Origin: Auanema rhodensis
Taxonomy: Eukaryota > Animalia > Nematoda
Direction of reading: 5' to 3'
Assembly: GCA_964057225.1 (NCBI GenBank)
Contig: OZ059895.1
Location: 15,190,001-15,254,000, forward strand
DNA length: 64,000 bases
This document shows positions 11,420 through 24,166 of the stretch, piece by piece (positions within the stretch are counted from its first letter, which is position 1; each line of letters opens with the position of its first letter). The notes beneath the pieces were generated by a model, which saw only the letters and a list, made by a program, of their open reading frames with translations, was not told where the DNA came from and made no database searches. Position numbers and translations under genes: made by a program.

Positions 11420-14336
11420 ATGAAATTTCGTATATTCCTTCTGCTGTGTATTGAAACAGTTGTTGTCGCAACTCGAAGGTTGGTAACCTTAAATATAAGA
11501 TTTATAGATATTTAAACTAAAATTTGTTACGTTAATAGAAAAACAAGAGGACATTTTGCAAAATGCATTAATTTCCTGATTATTTAGATATCAAATAGAT
11601 TTGGATGATAGTCCGGAAAATCGTTGGAATGGCGTCGTGCGTGACCATTTGCAACACATACCAGCTGTTATTGAAGAATCCAAGTAAGAGCATATGATAA
11701 TGATTGTAACTCATTTCTTGGCTGCTCAAAACGAAAAGAATTTGTTAGAGGGGGGATTGGTTTCTTCTCTCTCTCTCTCTCTCTAGATGTATCTCTTCAA
11801 GTGTGGTGATTGTATATAGAGAGAAAAGGGCAAGATCAAGGTATTCCTCAAGAATATTAAGTTGAGGATAATTGAGAGTTTACAAGGACTTGATATGAGA
11901 TTGGCTAGTATTTTACAATCAGCGGTTAAAATCAATAAGGAATAGCCGACACAAGACATTAGAAGATTACCTTGTATACCCTTGCATGACAATATCTTCG
12001 CGCATGGTCTATGATTATCCCCCTCTATCCAGACAAAGTCTTTGATATCTCTCTTATATACCGGGTTACGAAACGACATAGTAATATCTAATTAAGAATC
12101 AACGAAGTCACCTTCTTCATCTCACATTCCTTCTATTTCCCTCAATTCAACCTAAAACCAATATGCAACTATGATGACACCATCATCGTCGTCTTAATCT
12201 TCTCTCTCATGAGAGGGGTCAGCAACAGTACGTGTTTCTGATTTTATTCAGATTGCTAAGTTGTCAATTACTGAATACACTCGATACTGAACGACATCAA
12301 ATTGACGTATAAATCTTGTTGACCAAGATTCAGCTGGCAATAACCCAACAAAAATTCGCGCAACGTCAGCTAGCCACTCAATCGACATTGCTATCGATGA
12401 GGCTCAAGTGGATGTTATAATTAATTAACTTTTCTCACCCTCATGTTCATTATTCATTACCCAAAAAAATGTATTTATCTTGACTTTTCGTCATGTTCTA
12501 CCTCTCATATCATACCATACTATTTTCAATTTGTCCTTGAAAATTGACAGAAACTGGCAAGTTTTTTCACTTTATTTTTCTTCTGGTTAAAATCATTTCG
12601 AGATTGTCAAGATCTACGCAATGATAAGAACAACCTCAATTTTCTTAACCAAGTTCCATTAATTTTGAGTTCAATCTGCGAACACATTTAACAGCTTATT
12701 TTGATTGACAAGTGAGCGAACACCTTGTCCAATCTGGGGGCCAATTGATGAACTCGAATACGAAAACTCGAAAAACATTAAGCTAGTTGTAACACACATT
12801 AGGAGTAACGTCAGCAATAGTGAAGAGAAGTATAGGGAAGAAGGGGGGGGGGGTGAAGTTGGTAGAAAATTGAAAATAAATATAAACACAGCACATGAAC
12901 AACCGCAATACAATAGAAATGAATTAATGAATAAAAAAATATTGGAAATTTGCCAATAAAGCTTAAGTCACGTACACGAGCATTCGATGCGTTGACGTCA
13001 AAACATGCTAATTAGCTCATGCGCAAACAAGAAGTTTGAAATTTGCGTCATTACCATTTGAAAGATTTTAATAAATTCCTTCCCTGTTCTGATACTAATT
13101 ATAGTTTTCAATTTATTTTGCTTTCAGAAGTTATATACCTGCCAAGTTGCAACCATTCGTATGGTGGCTAGCAGCTCGAGTTGGCAAATTTTTTCCGGAA
13201 GAATATGAGCGTGAGCTGAGAGGTAATTTTATGCCAACGGCCATTGCATCAGAAATACCATGTATGTAGGGATTGCTCGTGAAGCAAATTTACCATTTGG
13301 AGAAGTTGTTGGCTTGAATATCTTGTATGATATTACTGCTTTTGATCGTAAACAGTGAGTATTGGATGGTTTGATGTCAACAACATCATGAATCACATGA
13401 TTAAGCATTCTATCGGATTTGGGTTGCACATCTATAATTGCTGAAGATATCAAGGGTAATATCATACACGGCAGAAATCTTGATTATGAAATGGGATCAC
13501 TTCTCAAGAATATCACAGTTTTAGTGGATTTTATGAAAAATGGAAAAGTTTTTCTTTCCCAGCTACCTAAAACATGAAGAACTTATAGATCTTATATTCG
13601 GGAACAACATTCGTACTTTACAATGGACTTCTAACTGGACAACGTCCATCAGCATTCACTGTTACATTGAATGCCCGATGTAAACATTCCCAACAGTAAT
13701 TCTGGAAATGATATTCTATTCAGATTCTGGAGCATACATTGACAACATTTTGATGGAACTGTATACACGATTCAGACGACCTGTATCTTTTTTCATCAGA
13801 GAAGTAAAGAACATACTCTGAACTGCTCATAACCTAGGTTTTCAGGTTTTGGAAACCACAAACAGCTTTAATGAAGCATTAACAGAGCTATCCTCCATTC
13901 CTCTCATATCACCATCATATATAATAATTGGTGGAATGAAACGAGGTGAAGGAGCAGTTATTTCCAGGTGTATAACATTCACATTTTTTCCACGTAAGAC
14001 CAATTAATTTTAGAAATAGAATGAAAGCTGCTGATATCTATACATTGAGTAAAACAAGATGGTTTTTGGTTGAAACCAATTTTGACCATTGGAAGCAGGA
14101 TGGAGATAAGCGGAGGTTATCTCACATTTCCACATGCAAATTTCATCAAATCTGCAATATTTAGAATAACGGCTGAACGAGCTTTAACTAAAATTGGCCA
14201 AGAATTGTTTACCAGGGAATATCTTCAGAATATATTAATGATGGAGCCTGTTCGAAACAATTTGACCATTTATTCAACAGTATTATCAGCAGCATATCCT
14301 GATGTATTTTTTGACACATTCAAAGTTTTGGTTTAA
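11420..14336 (+). CDS. N-acylethanolamine acid amidase / acid ceramidase family Ntn-hydrolase
   Basis: Signal peptide MKFRIFLLLCIETVVVA; YQIDLDDSPENRW exon; autocleavage nucleophile motif G|CTSIIAED..IIHGRNLDY (~13421-13490); GLLTGQRPSAFTVTLNAR, GEGAVISR, WFLVETNFDHW; ~11 exons. Confidence 0.9.
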
Positions 14337-14653
14337 AATATGAGATATAAACACATTATATTATGTTATAAGATTTTGAATTTAACAAAAAACAACCGCT
14401 CTTCTTCTCTTTAATTTTAAAAATGAAATTCTACGTTTTCAGCCATGTGTTATCATTTTATTTCGCCAAATTGGGACAGTGCGGTTGTTCACAATATTGA
14501 TCATAAGAGATCAAAAAGAGTTATTTTCCTTTTTATCATCACAAAAACTTGTTAGAAAGTTAAAAGATCAAAAGGAATAACAATGACAATCAGGCACATG
14601 CTCTACAGCAACTGAATCAACGTTCGGCAGAAATCAAAAAGCCAAAAAGAAAC

Positions 14654-14725
14654 TGCCTCATGCTGGAATCGAACCAGCGACCTTCTGTTTACTAGACAGA
14701 CGCTCTGCCCCTGAGCCAATGAGGC
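14654..14725 (-). tRNA. tRNA-Thr (anticodon AGT)
   Basis: Reverse complement is GCCTCATTGGCTCAGGGGCAGAGCGTCTGTCTAGTAAACAGAAGGTCGCTGGTTCGATTCCAGCATGAGGCA: 7-bp acceptor stem, A-box, anticodon arm TCTGT-CTAGTAA-ACAGA, GGTTCGATTCC B-box, T5 Pol III terminator at 14644-14648. Confidence 0.97.
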
Positions 14726-15251
14726 ACACACGTGACATAAAACTTGTAAAATGCGAAAGTACCAGCCATATTCTGTATAAGTCATGGTGAAAGTATGAAA
14801 AACTCTGTAAATGATTGAAAAGAAAACTTTCGCGGTTATATCAATACGTCTTTATTTCGATTCAACAACAGCATTCAGTATAGAATAATTTGATCATTTC
14901 GCCACCAAATTTCAATAAAAACTAAAATTCTGTTGACTTGTAATGGATGACCCTAACTCAAGCTTGAAAGAGGTAAATTAAAGTGATTGTGGGGGATAAG
15001 CCGGTGTTGTTGGCCATATCAAGAAAAAAAACAAAAGATTCTAATTGGACCCGATCACTTTCATGTATCTAAAGAAACTCGACAAATTAGCGAATAAGCT
15101 GGTTACTTCACACGTGAATCTAATTCGATTTTCATTCTCATTTCTTCTATTCATCTCCAAGAGAACGGCTATTTTGAATTTCATTGAATTTCATCTTGTA
15201 TCAATCCTATTTATCAGTATTCATTTCCGTTCGAATAACAGCCTTTGATGA

Positions 15252-17208
15252 TTAATCCAGCCTATCCAACAAGGCACATTCCAATTTATTCTGATATTTC
15301 AAAATCTAAATTGCATTCAATATTATACTTTAATTCTCAATTTATATTCGAATTTTTAAAATTATTATTATTATTATTATTATTATTATAACTATACCTC
15401 ATCTTCTCTCTCAACAATTTTATATATTTTGACTAAAATTTCATAGCATCTAATTCGTTCTTCGATCAAATATTTTTTTTCCGCTATTTTTGTTGCTTTT
15501 CTAGCTAATCGCATGGCGTTACTTATCTCATTTCTGAAATTCAATTAACAAAAAAAAACATTTCTGGTTGAGTTAGTGATGATTTGAGAAACAGAAACAT
15601 ACTTTTCTAATAAAATTTGGCTTTTTAAGCATAGTAATTCAGAGATCATTTCGTAATTATTAGTCGAATGCGCAAGTAATAATGCTTGTTCCGCTGTACA
15701 CAGTCCGTTTTCCCAATCCAGTGTAATCGCATATAAACTGAAATGGCTCTGACTCAAAATGCTACATCATATCATTCTCATGCCTGGCTAGTTTCAACAA
15801 ATTTTTCTGTATGCCCATCCCAACTCGGTGTTTCGTGGCAATATCAAGACTTTTCTTATACAATTCTTCCGACATTTCGTAGTTTTCGCGTCCAAGCTCG
15901 GCATCACCAAGTTCCATAGTGACAATCAGTTGTTCCAACGGATTTTGCTTGAAATACATAGAATTTTCCAGCCAAAAAAGGAAAAAAGGGAAAGATGTAC
16001 CTCATCTTGAGTTAAATCAATAGTATAGATTTGATTATTATTCATTTTTACCAAATCAGAAACAATTATTGATCGATGCATGTTACCTGAAAAGAAATAT
16101 TCCCAATACACGCATTTCCAAATATTAAAAACTTATATCAAAATCTAAGAATTCTTTATAACCATCAATTAATGGAATTATTTCTTTAAGTAATCCTTGT
16201 CGAATCAAAAAACGAATCATCGCTGAACGAGACAGAATTCGAGATGAAACATCAGCTGATAGATCAGCAGCCGTAACTGCCATCTATTTCTTCCAATTAT
16301 AGCAAAATGGGTAAAGTTTATCACTCATACCGTTAGGTAATGCTTCCTTTGTTTCTGTTTTTTCGGAAGTTTCTCCAGAATTCTTGAAATTTCCAAACAG
16401 CAATTGACATATTCGCGAGTGCCTTTGTTCAAGTTGTCCAACATTTTCTACAAAAAATAAACCGATGTTGAATTAAAAGAAAAAGATAGATGCCTTCAGA
16501 ATCATGACAGCATCATTCCAATCACGTTTGCTTTCATACATTTCGACCAGAATCTTGTACAGCTCATTCATTTCCTTTGAATTGGCATCTGTACACGACC
16601 GTATGCTTCGGGCCAGCGCAAATACCTTAGATGATTGGCCAAGACTTGCATAACTCTTACAAAGCAGTAGACTTGCTTTCAAATTCTGAACATCTCTCAG
16701 TTCATTAACAGAGGAAATAGCATCGACTAACCAATCTCTCATTAGCACTTTCTGATGCTTTTCGTAGAATTGCCATCAAGTACTGAATGCTGTCCTCGAT
16801 ACGTCCCTCTCTCAGAAAGCATAGATGTACCGATTCCATGCATCGAATCATGATTTCCGAATCATTCGACTGATATTTTTCCAACAACGAGAGACATTCG
16901 GCAGTTTTACCCTGGAATATTTTAGAATTATCAGTCAATATTGCTTTCAGATCTAGGGTGGACGACGGGAAACTATTCCTCCCGTATAAGATTATTCATC
17001 ATTCTATAACAAAAGTCAATCAATACACCCTTATAACTATCAATATTTGAATTTTAACCATGAAACCAGCTGGTCTGCATACGTTATGTAATATGAAAGT
17101 ATATACTGTTGATATATTTCTCGTAACTTCGATGTTTGCTCATTGAAATTATAACTTTACTTGTATTCCTTAGACTTCATTCATATTCTTAATTTTGAGA
17201 TGAGAGTT

Positions 17209-17242
<34 letters not shown>

Positions 17243-18817
17243 ATTTTGCTTATACCTTCTTAATCGGAAATCATATAATCACCTACTTGAACAACATACG
17301 CACTTCCTTCCAAGACATGAATATGCTTTTTGAACTTCGTGATGATAGAACCAATTTTCATTTCTTTGATGGTTTTGAGCTGATTCAATGCAAGCTCTGG
17401 CTGTCCATCGAGGATCAGAAGTTCTGACAGCTGGATCATCTCTGCTACTAAATCATCCTCCGATAATGTCTGGAAGAAATCGAAATTTCATAAGAATTTC
17501 TCTCGAATAAAGCTGTTTTCCCAGCTTTTCTCCATTTTTGCCGATCTTTGATTTAAGATTTAAGACTATCTGATCTATGAACTGTCTTTCACCTAATTCT
17601 TAATAACTATTCAACCACTTTATTCACTAGTCTTGCTTAACTCACAGAACTATCAATTCGATGCTTTCGTTGAAGAATTGCCAAATGTATATCGCTGGAC
17701 GCCTCAGCTGCTAGAGAGATATTCTTTCGAATATCTTGAACATGTGGAACTGAAAATTCAACATTTCCAAACATTAATAGTCGTTAAAACCGTTTAGTTG
17801 TTCTGCTATTTCCAGTTGTTGCTCATAGTAACTAATGGATTTACGATAATTCTTCTGTTTGAAGTGCGAAATTCCTAAATATCCGAGAACAGTCTCGAAC
17901 ATTTTTGGCTGTTTATCTTCCATCTTTTGACAATTTGTTAGAACTTGTATGGATTCTAAGCATAATTAGAGTTGTATATATGTATAATCCTGAATAGAGA
18001 GAAAAGTTCTAACCCGATGTTTGGCCTTGAATAGCCATCATAATTCCGATAGTAGCTACAATCATAAAGGCATCATTTTCCAAGCAAAGATCGCGTAGCT
18101 CGTCTATCGGAAATTCGTCTGAAAAATATTTTTCCTTCAATTACATTATCATCTATGATATTTTACTATATATTTCCAATGCCTTTTCCTTTGTCAATTG
18201 AATGTTTTCATTATTTTTCGGATCGAGCCTGATAGATTGGCAAAAGTGTACTAAAGCAGCCGATAATCGGCCTTGTCGCAGAAGTGCTTCAGATTTTCGT
18301 ATATAAGCCTATAGTAAAGATAAAAACTTGATATTTATAAATAGAATAATGATAATATCTTAAAAAAAGAAGAAAATCCATTAAAAAAAACAAAAAACTG
18401 TTACGAATTATGTATTGTTTTACTGCTTATAGCTAGCTATACACATACCTCTGGCCATTGTGGACGTAGCTGTATTGCTAAATCGGCTTCTTTGTCAGCT
18501 TCTTCTATTCGATTCAAACGCAACAGAATACAAGAAATGTTGGCGTGAAGAGCAGCATTAAGTGGATGACAAACCAATGCTTTCTGGTAAATCTATAAAA
18601 ATGAAATATAATAATTTGATATTTAACTTAATATTTGAATATTCAACCGCTCATCTCGTATTCTTTCGATTAAAATGAAGAAATTCATTTTTCTACACGT
18701 GAAGTGAAAAACATATTCTAATTATTGGTTTAAGCACGTCAATTTAAAATTAAGAATAAAAACCTCAAGGGCTTCCAGATCATTCTTAGTTTGTAGTGAT
18801 ATCTCTTCGTGATCCAT
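15252..18817 (-). CDS. Multi-TPR protein, TTC28-like
   Basis: Exons read MDHEEISLQTKNDLEALE / IYQKALVCHPLNAALHANISCILLRLNRIEEADKEADLAIQLRPQWPE / AYIRKSEALLRQGRLSAALVHFCQSIRLDPKN, then further TPR-like helices (LGISHFKQKNYRKSISYYEQQLEIAE; LGDAELGRENYEMSEELYKKSLDIA). Last exon ILKYQNKLECALLDRLD*. Some internal junctions are uncertain. Confidence 0.7.
15361..15388. repeat. (ATT)n microsatellite, intronic
   Basis: attattattattattattattattatta. Confidence 0.9.
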
Positions 18818-19393
18818 TGAGTTTTGTTTGATCTCAATAGGAAGATCAAATGATCATTTTCGTGGTTTATCCTCGAACTTAAAGCATTAAAGGAATGTAT
18901 AATATCAATTTTTGAAAATAGTAAGTATTTTATAAACGAAAACGAAAAAGAAAATAGAAATATACAGATATAAATCAAGAAAGGTGTAAGATATGTGAAT
19001 AAATATATCAAAATAGTGAAGGACATGTATATCCTCAGCTATTTTTTTGAGTATTTGATGGTCAATCAGTCGTTGCAATGACCAAAACTAGCATTGATCT
19101 TCAAGTTTTTACAAGTAATTTTTCATCGAATCGACAAGAAAGGAGAAAAGAAGAGAAAACTGCAATAGGCTATTCGTGTGAAAAGATTGTATTCTATTAT
19201 GTTCTCTGAAGAGAAGGTTAGTCTTTCCAGATAACATATGCATTTCATCAGATGGTATTCGGAAGACTGACGACAACGATATCGAATACAGTGTGAATGT
19301 GTTGGTGAAGGGTGAAGGAAAGTCAGTAGTTTCAGTTAAATTTCTATGTTCATCATCGTTATTTCTTTTTCTTTTTTCTTCATTTTCACATAC

Positions 19394-20902
19394 AGAGGCT
19401 AATCCTGAATGAAAGCTAGGGGCTGGCTGATGAAGAGGGCGATATACGTCGCTGAAGAAGTGGACAAGTCCTTGAACGAAAAAGGCACTTCGAACCTTGT
19501 TTATGTTGTGTTGTTTCATCTGCCGCTGCCTGTAAACCTCTTTACCTCTCTCTTTCTCTCGCTCTCTCTCTATCTTTGTTAATCAGATGTCTTTTACTTT
19601 CTTTCTCATATGTAGAAAATCTGGACTACAAGAAATAGATAAATCTGAAAATATTAAAGAAAAAATGACATGAATGTTTGAGAACAATAGAGTGCAGACC
19701 CGAGAGAGGCTACAAGGAAGAGAGAGAGAAAGAGGATGAGAGAGAGAGAGAGAGAAAGAAGATAAAAGTCTAGAAAAACGAATTAACATTGGTGTGGTAA
19801 GTTTCGGAGAGAAATATCAGTTCCATTCATCATATGTATGTCACTTATTGGCTTATGAATCATTTAGATGTACCCTCCAACGAGCTAGCTGTCTAGCCAG
19901 AAGTAGCATTTTGAGTTTGCTTCGTACCTTTATTTTCCTTCTACTTTCGCTTTTCATTTCCATTTATGATCAATTTCTTTAAGTATTTGCTGTAAAAAAA
20001 CTTGTAACAGCTCAACTACTAACTGGATAAATCCCAAAAGCCCTCGTTGTTGTTCTCTCAAACATATATAGATAGATGGATTTTTTTAAAATAAAAAGAA
20101 AATAGTAAAATAAAGTCATTTTTATGTTTTTAGCTTGTTAGAATACATGCTAACAAGCTATTTTCTCGGATGAACTATGATAGAGTTAAAGGACTGAACC
20201 AATTTTTCACATTTATCTTTCTGTTATCATCACAAATCAGCAGTTTGGATATGAGTTACGCTCACGAGAATCCGCACTTCTGCTATTGCTATTGCTTCTG
20301 CTACTGCTACAGCTAAGGCTACAGCTAAGGCTACAGCTAAGGCTACTATTTACATCGTTGTATGTCAGCACTTTTGTTTTATTTTCTTCATGTTCAGCCG
20401 TTTCACACATACGATTGTGGATTGTGGAGTACAGAAAAACACATTTGAAAATCTGAAGAAGAGATTTCCTTCTACCCCTCTTCCGCCTCGATCTCTCTCT
20501 CTCTCTTAGTCACATATGTACCTCGTTTTACATGAATCTACTATGACTACAGATAGCTGAAATCAAATCCATTATGTATAGTCGTTGTTGAAGATTTATT
20601 TCCATTTGAAACAAAATCAAGAGATGTTGTTGATTTAAGCTTTTAAGACGAAGGTTTTCTCTGTTCTACTTCCTTGTTCACTTCAGATGTAACAAGTACC
20701 GGAAATCGTATGTTTCATGTATATGAATGAAGCTGGCCAAAAGAATTATCTCATAATACCACCCAATATGATGCCTTTCCGACATGGCAATATCGTCTTC
20801 CACGAGTTGAAAAGTGTCAGAATAAGCAGCTGTTTCTCCAGGCTTGTTTCTTCCAGCTTTCAACAGAATACAATTGATTCTGGGGGCTTTCTGATCATTC
20901 AT
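19394..20902 (-). CDS. Candidate orphan gene (two phase-compatible exons, 3' end unresolved)
   Basis: TTTTCCAG acceptor, then ATG at 20902. Exon 20902-20700 ends CG|GTACTT (phase 2). Exon 19529-19394 (TTTACAG acceptor, GTATGT donor) continues the frame. Confidence 0.35.
20281..20346. repeat. Minisatellite: (TGCTAY)n hexamers grading into 3 copies of GCTACAGCTAAG
   Basis: Directly visible. Confidence 0.85.
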
Positions 20903-22244
20903 TACACACCAGAACTCGCACTGGAAAATACTATCTCAATCCTCTTTAACATCTCATTTCTTTTTTCTATCTTTGCCTCTCCCCCTCTCTCTTTCTCTCT
21001 TTCTCTTTGTCGTGGTTGCTATTGCTCAGAGAAACTCATTTCATATTAGAGATCAGGTTCTTCTGTTGCATCTTAACATACACACACCTTCTTTACCTCT
21101 TATTGCCTCCTCCCTCTCTTTCTATCTCTCTTTCTCTCTTTCTCTCTCTCTCTCTTTCTCTCTCTATTTCTCACCCTTCTTTTCTCTCCCTCATTGTCTA
21201 AATTATTAATTTAGTTTTAGTTTTTTCTTTATCTTCTTTTCACAATATCATGACCTCTTTCTATTTCATATTCTCATTTTTCACACAAAATTGAACTATT
21301 CCATTACCTATGTCTCAATTTCATGCTTTGAGCTTACTCAAGATGTTACAAAGAGCAAATCCTTACTTTTCAGCAGCAAATATTTGAAAAAAAAAAGCCA
21401 AAAACGCTGAGCATAATCAGTTTTCACAGCATGATCATCATCTGTAATATTACTATTCTTTTGATAAACATTGCTCTGTGTTGTTAAGCCGCAAATAGCC
21501 ATTTCTAATGAGAGAGGTTTCTCTGATTTTCATCTGATTCTTATTCAAATATATATATATATGCATGTATAGTTAAGATCTTGCAATTTGAAAAGAAATA
21601 CGGAAATTGAAAGTAGGAAGCTTCTTTAATTTGAGCATTGAATTGGGCCGTCTCATTTCCTCGAAAATTGAAAGAGATAATCCAGGTCAATCCAGTCCTT
21701 TTTCTTGTCATGTTCTTTAACAAATGCTCTAACAATTGATCTTTAAGCTATGAGTATGATACTGATTACTTGAAAATTGTTGTGAAAAGGTTGTTAAGAT
21801 GAGTAAAACAACTCTCAATAAGCATTCATGATCGATTATCAACATTGGCGATGAGAGAAGAAAGTGAAGGAGGCAGGAGGGAGGAGAGAAGATATGGAGA
21901 TTAAGAACAGAATATATATGGAGAGAGAAGAGAGAAGCAGGTGAATTAAGAATTGTGCATGGATGATAAAGAGACAGAAGAGAAGCAGAGTGAGGGTGGA
22001 GTAGAAAGGAAGAAGGTATAAGTCACACGCACAGCAAATCTACGTAAATAGTCAAGAGCGAGGGTGAAAACGATTCAGTGAATATACGAAAGCAGAGGAG
22101 AAACAGAGTCAGAAAGTGAGAAAGAAAGCTGATGATCTCCATTATCGTTGCAGTGGTAGTGATGGCAGTGGCAGTTGCAGTATCGGTATTGATGAAGCCT
22201 CCCAAAAATAGCAGGGAATCCCATGCTAATCTTAGACGAGTGTT

Positions 22245-22245
<1 letters not shown>

Positions 22246-22295
<50 letters not shown>
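22246..22295. repeat. (GA)n microsatellite
   Basis: Directly visible. Confidence 0.95.
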
Positions 22296-24166
22296 AGGAT
22301 TGATGTGTAGGAAATAGAATAAACTAGGATATACTCTGTATTTCGGGCAACATAATGCTCTACTATATCATTGACTTCCATTTCTGTTTCGTTCACTTAG
22401 CTCAATTGTGCTTCACTTAAATGTTGTCATTCTATTATCTCTTTACACCTTATCCGTTTGATTCATGGCCCTTCCTTTCATGATAGCAGTAGAAGGAAAC
22501 CCGAGAGCACTTCAGATCATCATCTTACTATGTATAGCAGCCGTAGTATGCATTTTGACATCAGAGAAAGAGTCGGATTCCATCTAAATGGGAGAAAAAG
22601 AGAGTTGTATTAGAGATTAACGTGGATATCACGCACATTGACTCTAGTTCAGCTTTTCCAAATCATTGTCTTCTCATTTATATCCATTTTACTATTTCTT
22701 ATTCAGCTTGCTTTCTCTACCTCACTTGCTCTCACTTACTCTCTCTCTATCTCTCTCTCTCTCTCTCTCTGTTTTTAACTAAAATTGACAGTTTTGTGTG
22801 TTAAAATGCATATTTTCTGAAACAGCCTATTAACATTGAAGACCTGACTGAATATGCTACAGCTAATACTACCAGTGCTCCTACCCATATCTCTTTTTCT
22901 ACTACTGCAACGGGCAAGAAAAGTAGATGTATTGTTTTCAATTTTATCAATGATTTTGATAAAAACAATTCAAATTCTAAATAAAGTACATCAATACGTA
23001 TTTTCTTTCAATTGCTTTTCGTCTTCTGCTTCTGCTTCTTCGTCCTCAAACTCGTTTCCTTTTCTTTTTGTAAGAAAATGGAAACAGATGAACGACTACA
23101 GATGTAGATGAATATAACTGCAATATACTCTCCTCATCTCAGTACATACAAGATACAACAGCAACATAGCCAACGTCCTTTGGGGCAATGTCTACCAGTT
23201 GAAACTTTCCTACCTAGTTCACAAACTTCCAACCGAACACATCGACTATCCCATTTGTAATTGTAATTGTGATCTATGTTTCACTTCGTTTTCCTCATTT
23301 TCTACTCTTCCCATCCTTAATTTATCTGGCGCTGTTCATTTGTTCTTCGGAATGACTGACTGACGGTCGAATACTGCTTCCTACAATCCTCTAATGATGA
23401 TGCCATGGGAATAACCAGTCACATTTGATAAATTCACTACTTTCTTCCATATATATTCATCTTCTAATTATATAATAAAGCTGATTATTTCTGTCTTTTC
23501 CTTAAAGATAATCACACAACATCCTGTCAACCAAACATCATTCATGTTTGACGTCAATTATGTTTCCTTTTCGCATTCTCTTCCGAAAATAGTTGAAGCT
23601 CATGAGGCAGATTCTGCATTCAACTTATTAATTGGCTTCTCTCAATTTACTTTCATCTCATACTAGTTAAGTTTCATCTCTTTATTGATATTTTGATTTA
23701 AACATCTTTCATCACAATAATCGCTCTTTCTGTTTATTTTCAATCTAGTCTTCGATGCTAAAAAAGAAAATACCTGCTCAATGAGCTCAACGTGCATTAT
23801 CAACTTCACCGACAACTATTTCCTCCATTTTCATCCTATTTCATCCGTTCAAACTAGCCAATAAAATCAGTTTTTCCCTTTCTAGCCCCATTCTATTCAA
23901 TAAGCCGTTTCTTTACTAAATCTTTGTATCTCCTACTTTATATCCGATCAAATTTCAAAAGAATCACATATTGCATTGCTGCCTACTCTCTTTACCCGCT
24001 TTCTAACCTCATTAGCCAACTTTTTCTATTATATGTTAAGCATTATTATGGTAGTTGTAATAAATATTTTGTATATTTCTACATATGACCACACATCTTA
24101 TATGCTTTACCTTATCATAACTAACTATTTCAGCATAGTTCTGAGCTTTTGCATAGCTATTAGCTC

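Noticed and set aside
16449-16495. Second GC-AG intron (AAG|GCATCT) in the TPR gene
   Set aside because: An in-phase GT donor 15 nt upstream explains it equally well; undecidable without reads.
4979-22317. ORFs containing ERERER or LSLSLS runs
   Set aside because: Translations of (GA)n/(TC)n microsatellites.
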